Source of the DNA: Reclinomonas americana ATCC 50394
Lineage: Eukaryota
NCBI GenBank assembly: GCA_048213135.1
Contig: PS015054.1
Location: 257,812-321,811 of the forward strand
Direction: 5' to 3'
DNA length: 64,000 bases
Of this stretch, positions 25,201-35,809 are shown in pieces. The position numbers and the translations under genes were made by a program. A model generated the notes under the pieces. That model was not told the origin of the DNA. It worked only from the letters and a program-made list of their open reading frames with translations, and ran no database searches. The stretch's first letter is position 1, and every line of letters begins with the position of its first letter.

Positions 25201-25699
25201 AGCAGCGAATGCATCGACGTGACGGCGTACGAATCCAATGGCTGGTATTGAAAGCGCGTCGGAATCTATGCATCCCCCCCCGAGGATTAATAAGCAACAA
25301 GCCAGGCAAGGCAGAGAGACACACACAGGTGGAAGAAGAGACCGTGGCAGAGGAGGCCCACTGTGAGCGCGGCGAGGTCATAAGTGCCTCAATGGACGAG
25401 GAGGGCGAGGAGGAGGCCTCGGCCGCGGTGGCCGCCGCCACCTCCAAGCTGCGCACAAAGAGCTCAAAGTTGGGCGCCGGGAAGATCTTCTTGTACCGCT
25501 CCACGAGGCACTCGGGCCATCGCCAGTGCAGTGGATCACTATGTGTGAGAGTGAGAGTGAGAGGAAAAAAAGATGCGATTGGGTGAATGCGAACACACCA
25601 GGCTGGGAAGGCAATGCTCACGTCGAGGTTGACATCGGCGAGAGAGGGAGGAGAGGGGAGACCAAAGGTGTCGCCACAAGCGCTTGCAGTGGTGCCCAT
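19233..25699 (-). CDS. Large uncharacterised protein: helical N-terminal region, central Walker A (GSNGSGKS), helical C-terminal region
   Basis: Chain of exons on the - strand from MGTTAS (myristoylation-like) to ..SSFSPAFD*; CVSLYGSNGSGKSLLLKQ near 23350-23405. May be more than one gene. Confidence 0.6.
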
Positions 25700-25885
25700 G
25701 CTTCGTTGCTTGTATGATATGAATGCGTGACAAACAACGAAGATCCTGTGTCCCGCGCGCGACTTGTTGCCGGCGAGTGGGCAAGAGACACCCGCGGCTC
25801 ACTGCTGCTGTGCAACGCGTGCGGACGTGTGGAGTGCGTGCGTGTGGGAGAGAAGAGAGAAAGAAAAACGCCAACTGCTGCTGTC

Positions 25886-26335
25886 ATGGCCAAGCGTCTC
25901 GTCCGTTGCGTGTGTCTCACACGACACACTCTTCTCTCTTCACTCAGCAGCTCACATGTGACATGCACAGCCCCGCCCTCCACCGGCCTTCTACCAGCGG
26001 CACTGACCGCCATGGGCTTTGTGTGCTCTCCACTCGCCCTCGTGTGGTACATTCGCAAAATCGAGGGCGTCTCGCACGCTCCTGCGCATGCTGCTGCTGC
26101 TGCCTCTGCGTCCATCGACGACGACTATGCCACACCTCGAGGCTCTTCATCTTCCTCTCTGTCATCATCATCATCATCGACAGGAGCAGGCGCACTACCC
26201 GACGGATGGCGACAAGAACGACCTGCGCAATCGCCATTCATACGACGCGGAGGCTCTCGCGTGCCTCACGCACCCTCGTCTACACTACTCGCCTCTCCTC
26301 CTCCACCACCAGAATCAGAAAGCAACTGGGAGTAG
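25886..26335 (+). CDS. Small putative single-pass membrane protein
   Basis: MAKRLV, intron 25905-25970, then PPPSTGLLPAALTAMGFVCSPLALVWYIRKIEG with a Ser/Pro-rich tail. Confidence 0.5.
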   Translation: MAKRLVRCVCLTRHTLLSSLSSSHVTCTAPPSTGLLPAALTAMGFVCSPLALVWYIRKIEGVSHAPAHAAAAASASIDDDYATPRGSSSSSLSSSSSSTGAGALPDGWRQERPAQSPFIRRGGSRVPHAPSSTLLASPPPPPESESNWE

Positions 26336-26445
26336 CTAATAAACCACACACAACTCAAGTGCATTCAAGCATCTTCCATCACACACACAAGCGCGCGCGC
26401 ATGTCGCGTGTCTTCCTGTGCCTCTGTGTGTGTGCGTGTGTGTGA

Positions 26446-26610
26446 TTAGCGGTGCTGCTGTGGCTGGTGGTGCTCAGCAACGTGGCCAGTGGCCGCTGCA
26501 GCAGCAGCACTGGCATCCTCGTGGCGAATGGAGACGTAGCCGACGAGCAGAAGCAGCGGGAGCACGCCGAACTCGGCCACCACAGAGAGCGCTCTCAGAG
26601 TACCAAACAT
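26446..26610 (-). CDS. 54-aa single-TM microprotein, Tom7-like
   Basis: Intronless ORF MFGTLRALSVVAEFGVLPLLLLVGYVSIRHEDASAAAAAATGHVAEHHQPQQHR*; the (F)GxxP + hydrophobic + G pattern resembles the Tom7 TM segment. Confidence 0.45.
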   Translation of the reverse strand: MFGTLRALSVVAEFGVLPLLLLVGYVSIRHEDASAAAAAATGHVAEHHQPQQHR

Positions 26611-26881
26611 TGGAGGCGGGGAGGGAGATGGTGTTGTTGTTGACTGCGTGAGAGAGAAGTGAGTGAATCAGTGAGTGATGCTCTCTCTCTCTCCGTGTGC
26701 GCGTTGATGCGTGTGTATGTGTGTGCACAAGAGAGAGCGAGAGAGAGTGTGTTGGTGTGTCGCTCTGCTCACCTGCGTGCGACGAGGAGTGATTGTGCGT
26801 TCATTCATTCATCGGTGATTCCACTCACAGTCTCTCTCTCTCTTTCGTTTGTTGCTTGAGTGGGGTTTCTGGGTTGGCATC

Positions 26882-27399
26882 ATGGACAAGCTGGGCTTGC
26901 TGTCGCTCATGTCAAAAGCGCGCGGAGTGCTCTCAGAGATGCAGCAGGTGTGTGTCATTGTGTGTGTGTGTGTGCGTGTTTGCTTGCGCGGAGTGTGACA
27001 CCGGAGTGCAGGTTCGTGCCAAGCTGGCGACGATTCCAGTGCGTGCAGAGAGTGGCGCAGGTGAGTGCATGTGCTGTCGTGCAGCTCGCAGTGTGTGTGT
27101 TGATTTGGTTGTTTGCAGGCATGGTCAAGGTCGAGTTCACTGCCGAGCCGCGGTGTCAGAAGGTGCTGTTCTGCTTGTCGAGCGTGCATTGTCTGCATCC
27201 TCCTCATTCTGTGTGTGTGTGTGTGTGTGTGTAGATCGACATTCATCCGGACTTGATGAAGAAGAATCCGGCGGTGATTGAGGACCTGGTGAAGACGGCG
27301 GTGAATGAGGCCCTTGGCAAGGCCAGACAGGAGGAGACCAAGGAGAAGGACCGGATCATGCAGGGCAAGTTGCCACCTGGGATGGAGCTGCCGTTCTAG
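26882..27399 (+). CDS. ybaB: YbaB/EbfC family nucleoid-associated protein, 3 introns
   Basis: Spliced: MDKLGLLSLMSKARGVLSEMQQ|VRAKLATIPVRAESGA|GMVKVEFTAEPRCQK|IDIHPDLMKKNPAVIEDLVKTAVNEALGKARQEETKEKDRIMQGKLPPGMELPF*. Introns 26948-27011, 27061-27118, 27163-27234. Confidence 0.9.
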
Positions 27400-27519
27400 T
27401 AGTTGCTTTTTGCTGGTTCATCTGGGGCGATGGACAGCAAGACAGCATGTGGATTGATGAAGAGATGGGATCGTTGTGTTTGTTGGTTCTCGTTTCTCTG
27501 GCTCGTCACGCGCGCGCTC

Positions 27520-30500
27520 TCACAGTGGGGAGATCTTGACGGTTTGCACCTGGAAGCCGCGCAGGAACAGTGGAATCGACACGAGTCCAGTCTCGGAGAC
27601 GGCGCACACGGCCGAGACTGCATGTGGCGTGAGTCGTGGGATGGAGGCAAGGAGCGCAAACGAAAAGGGAACGCAACTATCCTCCTCGTCCTGCTCGAGC
27701 AGGTTGCAGAGAGTGACGACTGGTGGCGAGCTGGCGGTGAGTGCCGAGCCCTGCACATTGAGGGCCACCTGGCACCGTCCTCCGAGACTCTCGTACACGC
27801 GAACAATGGTGGCGCGACTGCCTGTGAGTGGGTCAGTCACCTGCCGACACACTCTGTGTGTTTCCGCATGCACACGAACCATCGGCATCCGCGTCCTCGG
27901 CCTTCTTCACGCAGTCAACAATGACGCGTGGGTTGCTGACGGAAAAGTACGGCTGCGCCGGCAGCTCGAGACTGTCATGTGCATACGAGAGTCAGCATTT
28001 CCCGTAGCCACACGACGATGCACCTGTCGTCACACTCACCCAAGTCCGACAGGGAACACACGGGGCGGGGAATTGAACTGGTGCGCCAGCGCCACGATGC
28101 GTGGACCGGCCACGGTCAGATTGCCGGCATGCGGATAGAAGGCGTAGCGGAAGCGCTGTGTGCCCATGTCGCAGTGGCCGTCCTGCAATGCCAGCAGCGT
28201 GAGCATGCAACAAAACCACGCAAATGAATGCACAGGCAAATAATCCCACTACAAACCGGTGCCTTGGGCGACTGAGGCAACAGTCATGCAAAACAGTGAG
28301 CACGCAGTAATCTCTAGGCTCGAGATATAAAGGGGAGGAGGAGGTACGCACGCGCAGAAGTGACAGGGTGAGCAGATTGCGGTGGCAGCTGTGGCCGTAC
28401 TTGCAGTTGTTGAACAGCGAGACGCCAAACTCCAGCTCCGACACGTCTGCCCAGCGGTGGCCACACACCTCGAACTTGGCTGCGCGCTACGTTGTGAGTT
28501 GTCTTGAACATCATCACAAGGGAGAATATATACCACCACGCACCCATATCCCAGCTGGTGTTCTTGTGCGTCGGACGATCCACGTAGCCGTACGGAACCT
28601 CATACGAGGCATTCGTAGGTGCCAGCGTCAGCGGGAACGCCACCTTTAGCATGCGTCGGTTTTCGTGCCACTCGACGACCGTGTCGAACGTAATGTACGG
28701 ACTGCACGCATCGACAATGATGCGCTGGCGGAGTTCGCTGACCGGCGAGATGCCGTGCGCCAACAACAGCACCACGCGTAGTGGACCGGCTTCCTCCACC
28801 GTCACCGTCACTGGAGAGATTGATTCTTCGTGAGCAGCGCACTCACACATTCGTAGACTCGCAATCGCTCACCCAATGCACTGCTGCCGGCAATGGGACG
28901 CAGCGGAAGCGTCTTCTCCAAGTGATAGATCTCCACATCCCACGCGTCCCAGAACAATGGAATCTGCGACCAGAGTTAGCACTTTCGTCGCACAATGGAA
29001 CAGCTACATGCAACGCACGCAACATCCTCGTGCAGCACAAACTGGTTGCCGCCGGTGGTGGAGGTGTCGATGCACTCGTGGCCGGTGGAATTCTCACTGC
29101 ATTGCAGCAGACGTCCGGTGCTCTTGGAGAAGGCGCAAGTGAAGAATTGGTTCTGGATGGTGATGACACCATCGGCACTCTCCTCCATGGACACTGGCGG
29201 CAGTTCGGCTGCGGCGCTGTTGGCCGCGGCCAGCGACACGGTCGAGATGCCCATTCCGGTGCACTGCACGCGAACTGCGCAATGCACATGACGTGAAACG
29301 AGTTCAGTTGTGTTTCTCTGCGCTTGGTGACGACAAGCGCACGCGTACCGAGCGGAGTGCCCGTGTCGGCCGACATTTGCGTGTACTCCTTGGGCATGAC
29401 GACCTCGGCGTCGAGCGCAAAAGGCGATGTGCTGTCCACTTCCACCAGCATGTCTACAGGCTGCGCGTGCTGATTGAAACACACCAGCTGCATGTCGGGA
29501 ACCGCTGCAACATTGTGCATGCGCACGGGGTTAGCGAGCAGCAACAAAATGCTTGAACAGAGTCGACACAAACGTACCCGTCGACGGGAATTTGTTCAGC
29601 ACGGCACCCAGCGCCGCTTTCAGTCGCTCCTCGGCCTCGCTCTGCACCTGTTCGTAGATGCGAAGAGCGTCGTCGTACACACACTCGATCGATGACCCCG
29701 GGAGCACATCGTGGAATTGGTTGCTGCGAGAGAGACACAAGTTGGCCGGGGGAAAACAAAAAACCCAAGCAACAAACATGCGACGCACAGACACACGAGG
29801 GTCCACAGCTCGTTCAGGTCGGCAGACGGATAGACGACCGAGCTGTCGAGTTGCGACAGCAGCGTGGACCACAGCTCGAGCTCGCGCAGCAGCAACTCGC
29901 TGCGGCGATTGCCAAGTTTTGTCTTGGCTTGTGAAGTGTAAGTGCCACTGCGGTGCAGGGGAGTTGAGAGTCTAGCAGGCGCCTGTGAACATGAAGATGC
30001 AGCATTGGAGCGCACCGATGGAACTCAAAGTACAGCTCGCCGACCCAGTCCAGAATCGGGCCATTCTCACGTCGCACATGCTCAAAGTACTGGCTCGGCT
30101 TCTCAATGGTAACGATCGGCATTCCGTCGACGTTGCGCAAGCGCCGTGCACGTTCCAGCATCTCGGTCGTCGGCCCGCCGCCACCATCACCGTGGCCAAA
30201 GAGCAGCAACGAGTGCCGCGTGCGGCCATTGTCCTGCATCGCGCAAGGGTGAGCAGAGAAGGTCAAAGGGTGAGCAGAGAAGGTCACAGGGTGAGCTGGT
30301 ATCTGTGGTTCCGCACCTTGCTGTTCGAGACCGAGCGCAGTACTTCCTCTGCGGTCACTCGCGAGTTGTACGTGTCGGCCGGTGGGAAATGTGTGAGAAT
30401 GCTGCGTAATACTCAGTGAATGATACAGCGGGGGATCGAAAGACAAGCAAGTCACCAACCGAGAGCCATCGAGAGCCTCCCACCAAAATGTGGTGTGCGG

Positions 30501-32334
30501 GAACTTGTTAATGTTGTTCCACGAGAGTTTCTGTGTGACAAAGCTCTCGATGCCAGCGCCGCGACAGATTTGCGGAATCTACCTCCCACACAATAGCGGA
30601 GAGTGTAAGCGCATTGACATAAAGGTGACACAAAAGAAAAGTCGCACCTGTGGAGTGTAACCAAACGTGTCGGGCAGCCAGAATTCGGTGCACGGTTGGC
30701 CAAACTCGGCCATGAAGAACCGCTGGCCAATGAGGAACTGGCGCACAAAGGACTCGCCTGCAAGAACAACAACAACATCGACGACGACGATGAGCAAACG
30801 AAAAGGAAGAGAAGGAGGTTGCGTGCGCGCACCCGATGGAACATTGCCGTCCATCTCCACGACAGTGCCGCCCGTGGGCACGAACTGTCCGTTGGCCACC
30901 TTTTCGAGAATGCGCTCGTACAGTGACGGCGCGAGCTCCTTGACCCACCTGAGCTGAATGGCTTGCGAGCAGGCGAACTGGTGCTCCGGATACTGGTCCA
31001 TGATGGTCACCTGCGTGGCGAACGTGCGCACACACTTGCGCTTCGTCTCGTCGTACGGCCACAGCCACGCAGTATCAATGTGCGCATGTCCAATGGCCGA
31101 CACGCGGTGCTGCGACACCGAGTTGCGAGTGGAGAAGAAGTGCTGCGCCAACTTGGCTGCCGGCGACCACGTGCTGCGGTCGTCGGGCACAATCAGGTTC
31201 ACCATTTCGTTGGCCACACGCAGGGCGTCGGCGCCGCGCACACTGGTCTCCACCGGCAGTTGCTGTGTGCAACGTACACGTGCCGCGGGAGGTGAGCGGA
31301 CTGCATGAAAACAACTGCAGAGGATAGGGGAGTGCCAAAGAGACCTTGGCAATCTCGAGAATCAACACCAGATCCATCCACAGACTGTACGCTTCGGCGT
31401 CGAACACGCTCAGAGAGGCCATGCGCAGAGCATAGAACCGGTTGGGATCCGGTGGACTAATGTCGCTGCCGAGGCCAGCACCGAAAGCGCCGTTGCAGGC
31501 CATCTCTGCGCGCGCGAGCACATGAATGATGAGCGCACAGCGAGAGCGAGAGCAGCAGCATTCGCACAGCACACTCACCAATGTAGAACTCGAACACCTC
31601 GCCGCCCTTGGCGCAGTCGGTGACCAGGTAGTCTGTGCGTCGATCGAGCCCATTGCTGCCGTTGAACGCCTGCAGCGGGTGGCCGTCCAGTCGGTAGATC
31701 AGCGCCTCCGACGACGAATCCCACCGCAGCACCACTATCACACCCGCAGCGTGAGCGCGATGCATCACCAGCGAACACAAAAGAGAAGCACACCTTGACG
31801 ACGCGCCCACTCGGCCGGGACCGTGCCACTCACAAAGAACCAGTGCGTGGACCACGTCGGACCCTGCAGTCACTTGTCACACAGGAGACAACACAGCTCT
31901 TGCACAAAAGAGCACCGACGCAACAAAGGTCTCGCCGACCGTGCACGGCCGCATTGACTCCGCATACTCACTGATGACTTCGGCAAAGGGCGCACGGTTG
32001 TTCTCCTGCGGCAGCGTCACCACTGCGCAAAAAAAAAACGCGTCGGAAAATTTTCCCGCGCAACAAACATTGCATGCATGTCACTCACCAGACAACTCGA
32101 GTGGCACTGGCGGGAACTCGGACGGATACAGACGCGAGAACAGGTTAACGTCGGTGAACTGCGTCGTGGAGACGAACTTCTCCACGCGCTCTGCAAAAGT
32201 GCGCATAAAGTGAGTGAGCGACATGTCATTCACCATTGTGTGTGCGATGTGTGTGTTTGCGTGTCATTGTGCGTGTGTTGCAGATGCAGACCAAGTGTGA
32301 TCTTGGGGTGGCGGAGCATGACGGCGGTCGCCAT
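27520..32334 (-). CDS. MAN2C1: Cytosolic alpha-mannosidase GH38 (MAN2C1/Ams1 type)
   Basis: [106 protein letters not shown]. Confidence 0.97.
30246..30296. repeat. About 2.4 copies of a 21-bp intronic tandem repeat (AGGGTGAGCAGAGAAGGTCAM)
   Basis: Direct repeats at 30246, 30267 and 30288. Confidence 0.9.
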
Positions 32335-32477
32335 TGTGCGCGGAAGAATGACACGTGACAAACAGGGCGCGGCGAGCATGACTGTCCTCATCGCCGCGCG
32401 CTCACTTGCTCTGTTTCGCGCGTGTGTGTGTCTTCTGTGTGTGCGTGTGTGCGTGTGCGCGTGTCACAGAAGCAGAG

Positions 32478-35400
32478 ATGGCAGAGGCGAACATTGGCGC
32501 TGCATCGCCTGTGCCGCCTCCCATCGAAACTCTGCTCGCCGAACCGTCACCGGCCTGTCCACGCATTCCCACTGTGCGACAGCGCGTAGAGGTCTTCCTT
32601 TGCCCTCTTTCTCTCTCACACATGGTCAGAGCTGACCGCTGCTGTGCAGACCAATCTCGGCTTTGTCAAGTACGGCTTTCGATTTGCCGATCCCGCGGAT
32701 CTGGCCAAGAAACGAAGGCGGCGGCGACGTGGATCGCAGGGCGGTGGTGGAGAGGACGAGGACGGGGATGATGACGGTGATGATGATGATGATGATGGTG
32801 AGGAGGAGGAGGATGAGGCAACGACACCAATGTCATTTGGTGCTGCATCGCCGCGCAAGAAGAAGACAAAGAACAGACCGCTGTCGCCGGCGGAGAGGGT
32901 GCTGTCGGCGGTGATTGACTCGCCGGATTCGGATTCGACAGAGCGTGATGTGCTGGCGGGTGCGTCACTAATGACGATCACGCACTCCCTCTCCTCGTCT
33001 CATGGCGGCAACACAGAGTCGCTGGCGTTCTTGGGGATCAGTGAGCAGCCGGGGACGTCGCACACCAACTATTACAACTCGCTGGGACCGGCGCCGGAGC
33101 CAGCTCGAGCGCTGGATGAGCAGAAGGAGCAGATGGTGGTGCGGGCCGATCTCGAGAAGGCGCTGTATGGCGCGCTGTTGCGTACGCGGCCTGGGTGGGA
33201 GCCACGTTGTGCGCTGCATCCCCGCTTAATGTGGTGCATTGCAGGAACGATGAGCAGACGTTTGTGCGCATCGAGTTGCAGGGCTTGCGGAACTTTGTTG
33301 CGTTGCACCACATTCGTAACTGCATTGGCTGCATGGCCTCACCAACGCACACACGTACCACAGATGAAGTTCCCGCGCACTTCGCTGCACTTGGTCATTG
33401 TGCTGGATGTCAGTGCCTCCATGAAGGGAGAGCGTCTGGAGGATGCCAAGCAGGCCTGTGTCGCTTCCATGCGCACTCTGCAAGTGAGTGGTTGTGAGAC
33501 GAATGCGTCGTGTGATCACCTGCTCACCTCGTGCATGTACGCAGGCCGGTACGACATGACGATGTTTGCTGCGGGCGTGAGACCTCTGTTGACTAACCCA
33601 CCCATTCCAACACAGGCGACTTGGGCGCGGTCATTACCTTCAACAATGGTTTGTCTCCCTCATTTACTCCCCCACTCGCCGTCTTGTCTCATCGCGCTCT
33701 CGTTACAGAGGCTCGCATCTCGGTGCAGACGTTCGAGAAGGGCAAGGTGTACATGGATGAGGTCGAGGATCAGATTCTCGAGCCAGAGGCTGAGGTGATT
33801 CGTCCGCCCGCCTCGTACGTGCTTCTCGCTTCCTTACGATAAGTGTGCGTGTGTTCGTGCTGCAGGGCGGAACCAACCTCTACAGTGCACTTGTAGTGGC
33901 GTTGCGTGACGGGGCCACCCCTTTCCATCCCCCCGGGTCGCCATACTCACCATCGTGTCATGCAGTGAGAACGAGATCAAGCGCAACACGCGACAGGGCT
34001 ACGTTCGCCGACTCTTTATCGTCAGCGACGGCCGAGTGAGTCCCTGTCGTGCCTCGTACCCGTGTACGTTTCTCGCCTTGCTCACGTTACGCGCAGCCGA
34101 ATGTGGAGACGGGTCTCGAGCCACTTGTGCGACGCATCAACACACTCGGCGTGCTGGTGTCTACCTTTGGTGTCGGTCTGAAGTTCAACGAGCAGTTGTT
34201 GCAGACGCTGTCTATGGTAGGCTGCGGCAGTTTCCATTTCGTGAAGGATTCGGAGCGCACCTTGCAGCACTTGCGCGAGGAGATTGTAGGCGCGGCTGTG
34301 ATTGTGGCACGCGACCTCAAGGTGTTCATCAGACCCATTGGCGATGTGCAAGTTGCGTGCCTCGTCGTCGGTGTGCAGGCCAGCTGTCGTAAAGGCACTC
34401 ATCGTCACCGCAGGTGGGAGAGATCTTTGGCTACTTTTCCGAGCAGTGGGACACGACACCGGGTCAGAAGGGCGAATGGGTGGTCTATGTTGCGTCTCCC
34501 GTGTGATGCGGGAATAAGGGAATGCATGCCAACCTTGTCTCTTTTTGCGGCGTGCAGATTGGCGACGTGAAGAGTGACGCCATTGTGGACATTCTCGTGC
34601 GCATCGACATTGCTGGCTCGCTGAAGGAGGACTTTGAGATGGAGCGCCTGCTGAAGCGCAAGAAGCAGTCGATTCTGCTGGGTCAGCGCAAGCTGTTGAT
34701 TCAGGTGTGGTGCTGCTGACCTTTCATTCTTAATCGTGGAGCTTGCTTGCTCATTCACGGTGCGTGCATGTGGCGACTGCAGCGCGAGGCAGAGTCGGCC
34801 AGAAACAGTGCGGCCAATTCGCCGGCCGCGACTCCGCGTCTTCGATCGCCATCGGGGGCTGTCTCCGGCACTGTCAGTGGTGCCGGCTCTCCATCTGGCT
34901 CGCGGGCGACGTCGGCGGCTCCTAGCGGAAGCCAATCGTCACCGCGCAGTCGACCAGCACCAGGCAGTCCGTCTGCGCGCTCTGGCGTGTCCAGCCCGAA
35001 GGGGCATCCACCGCCGTCGTCGCAGGGCGAGCGATCGGTGAGTCTGGCCATTTCTGTCGTCGCTGTCGTGGTTGCAGCTCTAAGAAGTAACGGTATGTGT
35101 TGCCACAGGTCACGCCAGGCACGATGATCAAGCGTCTGCTGGAGCGCTCGCTGCTCGACGTCAGGATCGAGTATTTCGACATGGCCGGCGAGTTCCAAGT
35201 GCAAACGCGCGGTCTTTCCGCTTGCTTCACCGAAGACGTGAGTTCCATGCCAGGGTTGGAGAACTGCCATTCGTCTCACTGTTCTCTCTCTCTCTCTCCC
35301 TGCTGCAGGACATCGAGGCGCGTGCTGGTCACAGCGTTCATGCCGTGGTCGAGAAGGTGGAACGAGTCAATGCCGCTGGGGTGCGCATGTCATGGTCGTT

Positions 35401-35751
35401 TTTTGTGTTCTCGCCTCGTGGCTCACCCGCGATGCAGGTGCTGGACAAGGTGTGCGAGCTGTTTGTGCAGCAACACTTTGGCGAGGCCCGCCGAGTGCTG
35501 CAAGAGTTCCGCATGACGGTCCAGGCCGCCGAGTTGGATGAACAATTAGGAGTTGTGTTGTGCGCGCCACTCGTAGTGTCTTACCCGTCACAAAAAACTC
35601 ACCGCCTCTCCGCACATCCTCCCACGCATATACACACATGCAGGACTTGGACCAGCGGTGCCTTTCGCGTGCCAGCACCGAGACCACGGAGGAGAACGAA
35701 GAGTTCCTGAAGGAGGCCTCGGCACTGGCCTACAAATTGCGACGCTTCTGA
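32478..35751 (+). CDS. von Willebrand factor A domain protein with acidic N-terminal stretch
   Basis: LHLVIVLDVSASMKGERLEDAK (MIDAS DxSxS); LQAGDLGAVITFNN; GGTNLYSAL; LFIVSDG; VSTFGVGLKFNEQLLQTLS..GCGSFHFV. Confidence 0.88.
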
Positions 35752-35809
35752 CGCACCGGCGTCACTTCACGTGTACCATTACGATTAAAGATGAACGGCA
35801 GCTACTACA

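Noticed and set aside
9817-27399. Bacterial contamination explaining rsmE and ybaB
   Set aside because: Both have spliceosomal introns with host-type signals and are interleaved with eukaryotic genes.
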